Assembly (NCBI RefSeq): GCF_003010495.1
Contig: NZ_CP027570.1
Location: 1,500,001 to 1,532,000, forward strand
Direction of reading: 5' to 3'
Origin: Megasphaera elsdenii DSM 20460
GTDB lineage: Bacteria > Bacillota > Negativicutes > Veillonellales > Megasphaeraceae
Length of the DNA: 32,000 nucleotides
Position numbers and translations under genes: made by a program. Positions 8,831-16,425 of the stretch are shown one piece after another (the first letter of the stretch is position 1; every line of letters begins with the position of its first letter). Under the pieces are notes generated by a model. It made no database searches and had not been told where the DNA came from. It worked only from the letters and a program-made list of their open reading frames with translations.

Positions 8831-9284
8831 CATCAAAAAGCTATTGGAAAACCTGATATTTTATGGCACTGTATGCGCACTGACTCCGAAAGACGGAACC
8901 GTGCGCGTGTGTCGTGAAGATAAAGGAAACAAGGTAACGAACGATATGTTCGTCCTTCAACGCGGCTCATCGGAATCGAAAGATTTCTGGATGCCGGCTG
9001 TCGGGGACCAAGTGCTCTGCATACAGATGCCGAACTTTTCGGGTGCCGGCGTAGGTGATGGATTCGTGCTGGGAACTTTCTTCAGCAGCACTGATGCGCC
9101 GCCTGGCGGAGCCGATGCCAACACACGGGTCATCGACACGCCGGGAAATATGAAAATCAATGTCGGCGGGGTCTTGCAGATTAATGCTTCCGGTGGGGAT
9201 GTGGTAGTTAACGGCATATCACTCGTGTCGCATGTACACGGCGGTGTCACGCCAGGCGGCAGTAAAACGAGCACGCCAGAATAG
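8820..9284 (+). CDS. Baseplate assembly protein V-like central spike
   Basis: The 154-aa product has an OB-fold-like N-terminal part (GTVCALTPKDGTVRVCREDKGNKVTNDMFVLQRG...GDQVLCI). Its Gly-rich C-terminal part reads (GGVLQINASGGDVVVNGISLVSHVHGG), typical of gpV/Mu gp45 spikes. Confidence 0.7.
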   Translation: MDTNIKKLLENLIFYGTVCALTPKDGTVRVCREDKGNKVTNDMFVLQRGSSESKDFWMPAVGDQVLCIQMPNFSGAGVGDGFVLGTFFSSTDAPPGGADANTRVIDTPGNMKINVGGVLQINASGGDVVVNGISLVSHVHGGVTPGGSKTSTPE

Positions 9285-9292
9285 GAGGCGTT

Positions 9293-9763
9293 ATGTATAT
9301 CGGATATATGGGCAGTCTGCCATTCATCGTATCGTCGCATTATCTAAGGACACCGGCCAACTATCAGACCGAGGCGGGAAGCCGCTGGCAGGACCATGAC
9401 ATTATCTATCATAAGCCGGTCAGTGAGTTCATCGGGCCGAAATTACGAACAATCACCTTTGACCTTATTCTCACAGCATCGCATAACATTGCGATAAAAA
9501 AGGACTTGGCCACGATGAAGGAGATGTGCGAAAACGGCACCGTATTCCCGCTAATCATCGGGATGCGGCCAGTCAGCCAAAACTACTGGCGCCTGGACTC
9601 CATGTCCGTTTCGGATACGTTTTTTAGCTCTGTTGGGGCATTAATTTGGGCCAAAGTAAACGTCAAGCTTGTCGAATACGATGATAGCAACTACCAGGAA
9701 GAAAAATCAAAACTGAACCTTTACGGCAGCATTGCCAACGGGATACTGACCGTCTTTAGATAG
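9293..9763 (+). CDS. Phage tail protein, tentatively P2 GpU-family-like
   Basis: The 156-aa product has the pattern MGSLPF...RW.DHD....KPVSEFIGPKLRTITFDLIL...PLIIGMRPVSQNYWRLDS, reminiscent of the GpU family. Its position between V-like and W-like genes is atypical for gpU, so the call is tentative. Confidence 0.4.
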   Translation: MYIGYMGSLPFIVSSHYLRTPANYQTEAGSRWQDHDIIYHKPVSEFIGPKLRTITFDLILTASHNIAIKKDLATMKEMCENGTVFPLIIGMRPVSQNYWRLDSMSVSDTFFSSVGALIWAKVNVKLVEYDDSNYQEEKSKLNLYGSIANGILTVFR

Positions 9764-9773
9764 GAGGACATCC

Positions 9774-10088
9774 GTGGAATATGTTGTAATGCCAGACGCC
9801 AAAACCATTGATTTTGCGCCAGCAACGAAAATCGAAGAAATATTGCAGAACGTCCGGACCATCTTGGGGACTGTAAAATTCTCAGTGCCACTTGATAGGG
9901 AGTTTGGAATTTCCGGGGATGCCGTAGATAAGCCCATGCTACAAGCAGAAGCGATTTTGTCGAGTGAAATCTTTGCTCAAATCAAGCGCTACGAGCCGAG
10001 GGTAAGCATTACAGAAATAACATTCACTGGCGATATCAACGGACGACTTATGCCGAAAGTGACGGTGAAAATTAATGAAACTAGCTGA
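9774..10088 (+). CDS. Baseplate wedge protein, GPW/gp25 family
   Basis: GTG start, 104 aa. The segment ...IEEILQNVRTILGTVKFSVPLDREFGISGDAVDKP...IKRYEPRVSITEITF matches the gp25-like motif layout. It lies upstream of the J-like gene. Confidence 0.75.
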   Translation: MEYVVMPDAKTIDFAPATKIEEILQNVRTILGTVKFSVPLDREFGISGDAVDKPMLQAEAILSSEIFAQIKRYEPRVSITEITFTGDINGRLMPKVTVKINETS

Positions 10089-11190
10089 TTTACCAGACAT
10101 CGAATTCGTAGACGGCGATGCGGAGAAAATCAAAGCTGCCGTCTTTAACGACTATACCAGCATAACTGGTCGGACCTTAGCCCAAGGCGACCCAGTACGA
10201 CTATTCTTGCTGGTCGTATCCGAAGCGATTGTCCGGCTTGTAAATAATCAAAATTACATTGGCAAACAGAATTTGCTGAAATATGCATCAGGTGGAAACC
10301 TGGACAACCTCGGCGCCTTTTCCGATACGTCGCGAATACCGGCATCAGCCGCAACGACAACGCTGCTGATTACGCTAGCAGCTAAACGCGAGCAGGAAAC
10401 TATCGTAAAATCCGGAACGCGCGTAGCGACAGATAACGGCATTTATTTCGCAACCAACGAAGATGTGGCCGTCCTGGCCGGGAACTTGACAACGACGGTA
10501 AAAGCAACCTGTCAGACGGTCGGCACAGTCGGAAATGGGTTTCTCCCTGGCGAAATCAAATCCGTCGTTGACCCGGTGGCATATGTGGCTTCCATCGTCA
10601 ATACGACGGCCAGCGCAGGCGGCGCCGATGAAGAGTCAGATGACGACTATCGAGAACGCATCCACGAAGCGCCGGAACACTTTTCCACGGCCGGGCCGAC
10701 AGGGGCTTACGAGTATTGGGCGAAATCGGCCAATAGCGGTATCATCGATGTCGCCGTAACCAGTCCCAGTGCCGGCACCGTTGAAATACGGCCGCTCATG
10801 ACCGGCGGGACACTGCCGAAACAGGAATTGCTTGATGCAGTAAAAACGGTGGTATCCGCAGATAAAGTTCGACCCTTAACTGACAATGTATCTGTCGTCG
10901 CCCCGGATGAGGTATCCTATGACATTGCGATGACGTACTATACCGACACTGGAACAGCGAAATCAACAATCAAAGACGCTGTAGCTCAAGCCGTAAATAA
11001 CTATCGCTTGTGGCAGAAATCTAAAATTGGCCGCGACATCAACCCGTCACGGTTAATTGCCGATGTAATGGCCGTCGCTGGCGTAAAGCGCGTCACCCTC
11101 ACAGCACCGACTTATACTGTGCTGACAGACACGCAAGTAGCCCAGGATAAAACGACATCTATTGTCCTAGGAGGAAGTGAAGACGAATGA
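10075..11190 (+). CDS. Baseplate J-like protein
   Basis: The 371-aa product overlaps the W-like gene. It contains ...GGADEESDDDYRERI...FSTAGPTGAYEYWA...DV, typical of the Baseplate_J family. Confidence 0.8.
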   Translation: MKLADLPDIEFVDGDAEKIKAAVFNDYTSITGRTLAQGDPVRLFLLVVSEAIVRLVNNQNYIGKQNLLKYASGGNLDNLGAFSDTSRIPASAATTTLLITLAAKREQETIVKSGTRVATDNGIYFATNEDVAVLAGNLTTTVKATCQTVGTVGNGFLPGEIKSVVDPVAYVASIVNTTASAGGADEESDDDYRERIHEAPEHFSTAGPTGAYEYWAKSANSGIIDVAVTSPSAGTVEIRPLMTGGTLPKQELLDAVKTVVSADKVRPLTDNVSVVAPDEVSYDIAMTYYTDTGTAKSTIKDAVAQAVNNYRLWQKSKIGRDINPSRLIADVMAVAGVKRVTLTAPTYTVLTDTQVAQDKTTSIVLGGSEDE

Positions 11191-12494
11191 TAGACGCAGA
11201 TTACAAAATCGCAAAACATTTGCCTGAATCCATCGACAAAGCTCCTGTGCCGGATTTGGCCCAGGCAGTTGATATGGCACTATCTGGCATTAATTCAGAC
11301 TTATTATTGATTTATCCCGCTATCGACAATTTGCCAGAAGCGCTGATTGATCATCTAGCAGCGCAAATGCATGTAGATGAATATGACGATTCTGACTTGA
11401 CGGCAAAAAGGAAACAAGTCAAAGAGTCATTCTTGCTACATAGATACAAAGGAACGAAATACGCTGTACAGCAAGCCATTACTACCGTACATAAATCAGC
11501 GCTCATACAAGAATGGACAGAATACGGCGGAGATCCGTATCATTTCAGAGTCAAACTATCGACCGGCACTTTAGGCGATGCAACGATAATTGATAAAATG
11601 ACACGAGCAATTAACGCATACAAAAACGTCAGGTCATGGCTAGACTATTTTGTCGTATTTGCCAGCAATCCGTTTAAACTCAATAGTTGCAAACGAGATG
11701 ATTCATGCATTCCAGAGACGCACAAAACAACATGGATAACGGAAATCGCTTTTAAAACAGGGCTAAACAAATCATGCGGCACAGTAGAAAGGACAGAAAA
11801 TAACGTAGTCCGAATCGAACACCACGAAACTATATTTTCGGGGAAAAAGATAAATGGAAAATTTAGACGCATAGATCTGAACAACAGCCAGTCATATAAA
11901 AAGCAGTGGACTACCACCCAAACTACTCAGAAAAAGGGAAGAATATTTAACACTGGAGGATACTCCCTAAACAATGTTGGAATTACTCGAATAAAGAAAA
12001 TCGACATTGGATATGACAAGGAGGTCATCGAAAAGCAATTCACACGGGGAACCACAAACAACGGAGCTGTTAAAATTATCCCCAAAGACCAGACACTGCA
12101 TATAACACACAGATGGAAAACCTTTAGAGCCGATACGATGAACGGGGAAAAAGATATCTGCTTAAACGGTGGACAGGTACAAAAACATGAAAAAAGCGAA
12201 GTAAAAATAACGCATACGACAATGAAAACCTTCGTCGGCGCGCTCACCAACGGGAAGCGGTTGACTAATAATAGCCCGACCACCACCATACGTCGGACAG
12301 TCCATACGCCAATCTATAAAAATATTATACAGAAGCCTGGAGCCACACTGCTAAATATGACGGATCATACAACAAAAAAAAGAGCAGTTGAAACGACCAT
12401 CCCGGGGAAAATTATCAAGCGCTTTTCGCCAACAAAGGGGGTGATTTTAAATAGTCATGCATTGATGGGATACATTAAAATTCAGAAAGGATAA
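11187..12494 (+). CDS. Tail protein I-like N-terminal domain fused to a ~270-aa Lys/Thr/Asn-rich extension
   Basis: ATGA overlap with the J-like gene. The first ~160 aa are collinear with P2 gpI (176 aa): ...LPEALIDHLAAQMHVDEYDD...KRKQVKESFLLHRYKGTKYAV...IQEWTEYGGDPYHFRVKL...AYKNVRSWL. From about nt 11650 the DNA becomes visibly AT-rich but stays open for about 280 more codons. Confidence 0.6.
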   Translation: MIDADYKIAKHLPESIDKAPVPDLAQAVDMALSGINSDLLLIYPAIDNLPEALIDHLAAQMHVDEYDDSDLTAKRKQVKESFLLHRYKGTKYAVQQAITTVHKSALIQEWTEYGGDPYHFRVKLSTGTLGDATIIDKMTRAINAYKNVRSWLDYFVVFASNPFKLNSCKRDDSCIPETHKTTWITEIAFKTGLNKSCGTVERTENNVVRIEHHETIFSGKKINGKFRRIDLNNSQSYKKQWTTTQTTQKKGRIFNTGGYSLNNVGITRIKKIDIGYDKEVIEKQFTRGTTNNGAVKIIPKDQTLHITHRWKTFRADTMNGEKDICLNGGQVQKHEKSEVKITHTTMKTFVGALTNGKRLTNNSPTTTIRRTVHTPIYKNIIQKPGATLLNMTDHTTKKRAVETTIPGKIIKRFSPTKGVILNSHALMGYIKIQKG

Positions 12495-14149
12495 TGAACA
12501 TGAGTGAAGAGATAGTAAAATTTCAGGGCGATACGACAGCTCGTGAGCTTTGGGAAAATGGACCAACCGTGTCGACCGGCCTTTCCAGAGTCTTGAGCCC
12601 CAATAATCGGAACTTCGGTTTAGTGGCCTTTCAGCAAGCGAAGCCGATACTGGATTCCGAATTAAACCTGATGCAACAGATTCAAAATAAGTTAAGAGCT
12701 GACATCCTGCGGACAATCATGTCTTCAGGCATTATTAGCATGGACGTCCAGGCGGGTATTACGGACAAGAAAAATACGTTGAGGATTTCCGGCGCAATGG
12801 CGTGCGTCAATGGCTGGCTACTAACATTGTCAGGAAGCAATCGGAACGATGCTGCATCGGACATTGTTTTTCCAGCCGCGCCAAACAGTGGCAGCCGCGA
12901 GGACCTTGCATTCGTAGAGTGTTGGTTTGAAGAAGTCGCACCGTCCGGCAGTCCCGAGGATGATGACGAGAACGTTTACCGCTATGGCGGCATCGCGTCT
13001 GGGACGCTTGCCAACGATTTGCAGGACAACGTGGCCGGCGCTGAGACGACGCGACGCATCCAGCTACGCTGGAACTTCCGCACCGTCACGGACGTGAATT
13101 TCACGACCCACCCTAAAGGCGTCGACAATGGTGACCGTGTGAAAGCGCGGGCCGGAGCACAGAGCGACACGAACTACACTTTCGGCAGCGTCGGCAACGG
13201 CCTGTATCGTGCGGGTGACGGCTCTAGCGCCGCGTGTACGGCACTTAGGTGCGTTGACGGCTACGTCTACGCACTGCCACTTTTCCGCGTCCATCGCCGC
13301 AACCAGACGGCGTATAATGCGACGGACAATAAAGAGGGAGCGCCGGCCTACAACAGCGGCACGCAGATTGCTACGGGGCTTTATCATGACGTCATCGCCG
13401 TGCAGGATGTTTTGCCACTTTATCCGATTGCCTCGGCCTACGAGCAGAGCGCGAACCGCGAGAGCGACCAGGCCGTACTTAAAGAGCTTTTTCAGGCCGT
13501 CCATCAGCAGGCCGCGGAGCTGACGAACTGGAAAACGCAGCGCATTCAGCAGGGCACGGCAACGATTTACAATAAATTCGTTGTCGCAGGCGGCATTATC
13601 AACGCTATCGACGGCACGCGAAACGTCAAGATTACGCGGACTGGCACGTACAGCGCGGCAAACTATTCGCTCATGTATGTAGACGGAATGCTCGTCTCCA
13701 TCTACGACACGCAGGACAGCGTAGCGACAGTGCCAACGAACAGTGGCAGTGCGGCGGCCAACTATTATGCCTACGTCGACAACGACGGAGACAAGTATAA
13801 AGTCAAGGTTGCAGACAGCGTGCCAGACGGCAAGCTTGGACTTTACCGCATCACGATTCCGGCCGGGGACACCGCGGCAAATCTCAACAACGCGAAATTC
13901 ACCGACATTCGGCGCGTCGAGTCGCACTACAGCAATTATTACGGAACGATTCCCGCGACCGCGGTCACGCTGCCATACGCGGCCATCGGGAGCGATTACT
14001 CGGTCGCACTAAATATCGAAAGTACGGCTTACAACCGCGATACGGTGCTTGAAGTTACGGGCAAGAGTCCGAACGGCTTTACGATTAAGAGCCACGGCGT
14101 CGCGGATAACGTCGTCGTGCGCTGGACGCTGACGCAGCCGAACGCATAA
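12494..14149 (+). CDS. Tail fibre / distal baseplate structural protein
   Basis: A 551-aa ORF starts in a TAATG overlap with the previous gene (an alternative ATG is at 12500). Its position after the J and I homologues is where fibre genes sit. No precise family recognised. Confidence 0.5.
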   Translation: MNMSEEIVKFQGDTTARELWENGPTVSTGLSRVLSPNNRNFGLVAFQQAKPILDSELNLMQQIQNKLRADILRTIMSSGIISMDVQAGITDKKNTLRISGAMACVNGWLLTLSGSNRNDAASDIVFPAAPNSGSREDLAFVECWFEEVAPSGSPEDDDENVYRYGGIASGTLANDLQDNVAGAETTRRIQLRWNFRTVTDVNFTTHPKGVDNGDRVKARAGAQSDTNYTFGSVGNGLYRAGDGSSAACTALRCVDGYVYALPLFRVHRRNQTAYNATDNKEGAPAYNSGTQIATGLYHDVIAVQDVLPLYPIASAYEQSANRESDQAVLKELFQAVHQQAAELTNWKTQRIQQGTATIYNKFVVAGGIINAIDGTRNVKITRTGTYSAANYSLMYVDGMLVSIYDTQDSVATVPTNSGSAAANYYAYVDNDGDKYKVKVADSVPDGKLGLYRITIPAGDTAANLNNAKFTDIRRVESHYSNYYGTIPATAVTLPYAAIGSDYSVALNIESTAYNRDTVLEVTGKSPNGFTIKSHGVADNVVVRWTLTQPNA

Positions 14150-14170
14150 GCATAAGAGGAGGCAGAGAAT

Positions 14171-14620
14171 ATGCTGATTAAGAGAATCCCCAAGAAGTGG
14201 GGAAAAGCGGAGTACGTGCCGTTTAAGGTCGACGGCACGACGCTGTACGCAGGGCAGGGAGAGAATACGGTCCACGCCGATTTGCAAGAAATTCAGTCGG
14301 ATATGGCGCAGACCGTCTACATCATGCAGGACTATTCGGGAACCTTAAGCGTCGGCTTCAATTCTTATCTCCCGTACATCTTGCTTATGGCGGAGATTCC
14401 TCCGTATCAGATGCAGATGGTCGACACGGGCGAGAAGAACAAAGACGGCGATGAGCAGTACAAGCCGGAGCGCGTTCCGATTGACATAGACAATATTCAA
14501 TTCACGCTTTGGCCTATGCAGGTCGCCATCGAGTCAGAGAGCGCGGCAGCCAACACGACAACGGAAAGCGCAACCACGACCACGGCAGCAGAAACCACGG
14601 CAGATACGAAAGGGGAATAA
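14171..14620 (+). CDS. Fibre-associated protein, unknown function, with a Thr/Ala-rich tail
   Basis: A 149-aa ORF preceded by GAGGAGG. The C-terminus AAANTTTESATTTTAAETTADTKGE is low complexity. It lies between the fibre gene and the DGR target gene. Confidence 0.45.
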   Translation: MLIKRIPKKWGKAEYVPFKVDGTTLYAGQGENTVHADLQEIQSDMAQTVYIMQDYSGTLSVGFNSYLPYILLMAEIPPYQMQMVDTGEKNKDGDEQYKPERVPIDIDNIQFTLWPMQVAIESESAAANTTTESATTTTAAETTADTKGE

Positions 14621-14625
14621 TCAAA

Positions 14626-15696
14626 ATGGAAAGTTTCATCATTGACAAAGACCGCAAAGCCATTGAACACGCGAGCGGCGGCAAGAACACACTTGTATAC
14701 GACAACGCGGGCAACCCGTCCGTCATGGTTGTTGTTCCGAAATTCAACCTGGAAGATGTTGACCCGTCCGGCACGCTCGGCACGGGCACGCACCCGGCTT
14801 TTATTGTCCACGGTAAAGAAGTTCCAGAAATTATGATTTCTAAATATCAGAACATCGTAGTCAGCGGTCGCGCGTACTCTCTTGCGCACGAAGATCCTGC
14901 GAACTGGATTAACTTTGACGCATCGAAAGCCGCTTGCGAAGCGAAGGGCCGAGGATGGCATCTGATGAGTCGTCTTGAATGGGCAGCCATCGAGCAGTGG
15001 TGCCATAAGAACGGCTTTATGCCACGCGGCAACACGAATTACGGCAAAGCTCACGACGCGGCGCACGAACACGGCGTCATTGGCCGCGACAGCAGGACAC
15101 TCACGGGCAGTGGCCCGCAGAGCTGGAACCACGACAACACGCCATATGGCATTTCTGACCTTTGTGGCAATGTTTGGGAGTGGAACGACGGCTACAAGAC
15201 GGTTGACGGCAAGCTGTATGCGGTCGGTGAAGATGGCGTAGTTATGAATAATTTTGACAACCAAAATGCCTATAAAAACTTGACCGGATTTGTCGACCTC
15301 GGGGCTTGCTACAACTCTACTGTTGCGGGCGACGCGAACAAGGAAAACCACAATATTGGTAAGTACAATATCGCGGCAACCGTTACGAATAAGCAGTACA
15401 CCGGAGGTTCGACCGAAGAATATTACGCGGAGAACGGCAGTAAAATCACCGAGGTCGCTGCGGCTTCCGGCTTCACGATTCCGAAGAGCGTTTACCAGCT
15501 CGGCATTGCGCTCCCTTCTACGTGGACCGATGTCGATGACTATTCTTGGGTACGCAATTACGGCGAACGGCTCCCGATCGCTGGCGGCGATTGGCTCAAC
15601 GGTTCGGACGCGGGAGTTTTCGCGCTGTACGTCTCTCGCCATCGGTCGTTCGCGTACGGCGACATCGGGTTCCGCTCCGCTTACATTGCGATTTGA
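14626..15696 (+). CDS. DGR variable (target) protein, FGE-sulfatase / C-type-lectin-fold; probable receptor-binding protein
   Basis: The start is taken at ATG 14626 (MESFIIDK..., after AAAGGGGA), not at 14509. Motifs GWHLMSRLEWAAIEQW and SDLCGNVWEWNDG are typical of the FGE/CLec fold. The C-terminus ...RLPIAGGDWLNGSDAGVFALYVSRHRSFAYGDIGFRSA is the VR scaffold. Confidence 0.85.
   Translation: MESFIIDKDRKAIEHASGGKNTLVYDNAGNPSVMVVVPKFNLEDVDPSGTLGTGTHPAFIVHGKEVPEIMISKYQNIVVSGRAYSLAHEDPANWINFDASKAACEAKGRGWHLMSRLEWAAIEQWCHKNGFMPRGNTNYGKAHDAAHEHGVIGRDSRTLTGSGPQSWNHDNTPYGISDLCGNVWEWNDGYKTVDGKLYAVGEDGVVMNNFDNQNAYKNLTGFVDLGACYNSTVAGDANKENHNIGKYNIAATVTNKQYTGGSTEEYYAENGSKITEVAAASGFTIPKSVYQLGIALPSTWTDVDDYSWVRNYGERLPIAGGDWLNGSDAGVFALYVSRHRSFAYGDIGFRSAYIAI
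15568..15682 (+). repeat. DGR variable repeat (VR)
   Basis: A 115-bp ungapped alignment to 16131-16245 has 14 mismatches, 13 of them at positions where the TR base is A. The last 21 bp (ACATCGGGTTCCGCTCCGCTT) are identical and GC-rich, which is IMH-like. Confidence 0.9.
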
Positions 15697-15718
15697 ACCT
15701 TGTCACTTGTGTTTTGCA

Positions 15719-15740
15719 GGCGCGGGCGATAGCCCGTGCC
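15719..15740 (+). promoter_or_regulatory. GC-rich hairpin 3' of VR (candidate DGR target-recognition cruciform)
   Basis: The sequence is GGCGCGGGC-GATA-GCCCGTGCC: a 9-bp stem with one G/T mismatch and a 4-nt loop. It starts 37 nt after the end of VR/TR homology. Confidence 0.35.
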
Positions 15741-15783
15741 CTTACTTCAGAGAGGATGAACAACCATCGACAAGCTGACCATT

Positions 15784-16104
15784 TTGACGAAATCCGCGGA
15801 CTTTATGGACGAGCTTTATGACGCGGTCGTGCAATATCCGAAGTCGGAGAAGTTCGCGCTCGGCGCGGATACAAAGGACAGCTTCATGCGGTTCTACCGG
15901 CTGATTATTGCAGCGGCAAAGAAGTATTACAAGAAGACAACGCTCCATGACGCGGATGTAGAGTTATTCGTCCTCAAGCACTTTATCCGGATGGGATTCG
16001 AGCGCCGCTATATGAGTATCAAGAGATACGAGAGGCTTTGCGCTTACATCGAGGAAATCGGCAAGATGCTTGGCGGCTGGATAAAAGCAGCGGAGAAGCG
16101 CTAA
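15784..16104 (+). CDS. avd: Accessory variability determinant (Avd)
   Basis: The 106-aa basic protein looks all-helical (...YPKSEKFALGADTKDSFMRFYRLIIAAAKKYYKK...), resembling the Avd / 23S-IVS four-helix-bundle family. It sits between the target gene and TR. The start is uncertain: TTG at 15784 has no clear SD, and an in-frame ATG lies at 15805. Confidence 0.8.
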   Translation: MTKSADFMDELYDAVVQYPKSEKFALGADTKDSFMRFYRLIIAAAKKYYKKTTLHDADVELFVLKHFIRMGFERRYMSIKRYERLCAYIEEIGKMLGGWIKAAEKR

Positions 16105-16425
16105 TCACCTTTGGGGGATGGCCGTATATTCGGCTCCCGATCGCTGGCGGCAATTGGAACAACGGTTCGAACGCGGGAGTTTTCGCGCTGAACGTCAATA
16201 ACCGTCGGTCGAACGCGAACGGCAACATCGGGTTCCGCTCCGCTTTACTTCGAACGTCAGAAGGCGCAGCCCTACGGGGCTACGCACAGTACACGAAGAA
16301 ATAAAGGGGCCATTCTCCATGCACCAGCAATGGCGCAAAAAACAAAAACGGATACCCGCGGTTAGTACGGCGCACGCAGGAAGGCGCAGGCTGGAAGGGC
16401 GCGGGTAGGTTAGTAGGGATTTTGC
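16105..16425 (+). ncRNA. DGR RNA region (TR plus ~180-nt spacer up to the RT start)
   Basis: This is a non-coding interval between avd and RT. It holds TR and a structured spacer, including the hairpin GCGCAGCCC-TACG-GGGCTACGC at 16264-16285. Transcript ends are not determinable from sequence. Confidence 0.5.
16131..16245 (+). repeat. DGR template repeat (TR)
   Basis: This non-coding copy of VR starts 27 nt after the avd stop. It contains 23 adenines and ten AAY codons in the VR-equivalent frame (RLPIAGGNWNNGSNAGVFALNVNNRRSNANGNIGFRSA). Confidence 0.9.

Noticed and set aside
14509-14625. N-terminal 39-aa extension of the DGR target ORF (MAYAGRHRVRERGSQHDNG...).
   Set aside because: It overlaps the 3' end of the preceding gene in another frame. 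An ATG at 14626 with an upstream purine-rich SD gives a sensible N-terminus.
13064-15642. Long minus-strand ORFs 13064-13927 (287 aa) and 14497-15642 (381 aa).
   Set aside because: They are antisense to the fibre and DGR target genes in the GC-rich block. Their Arg/Val/Ala-rich translations are typical of GC-driven shadow ORFs, and they have no motifs.
16038-16304. 88-aa ORF spanning the avd 3' end and TR (…GGNWNNGSNAGVFALNVNNRRSNANGNIGFRSALL…).
   Set aside because: This is the template repeat read in the VR-equivalent frame. It lacks an RBS and an N-terminal domain and overlaps avd, so it is treated as non-coding TR.
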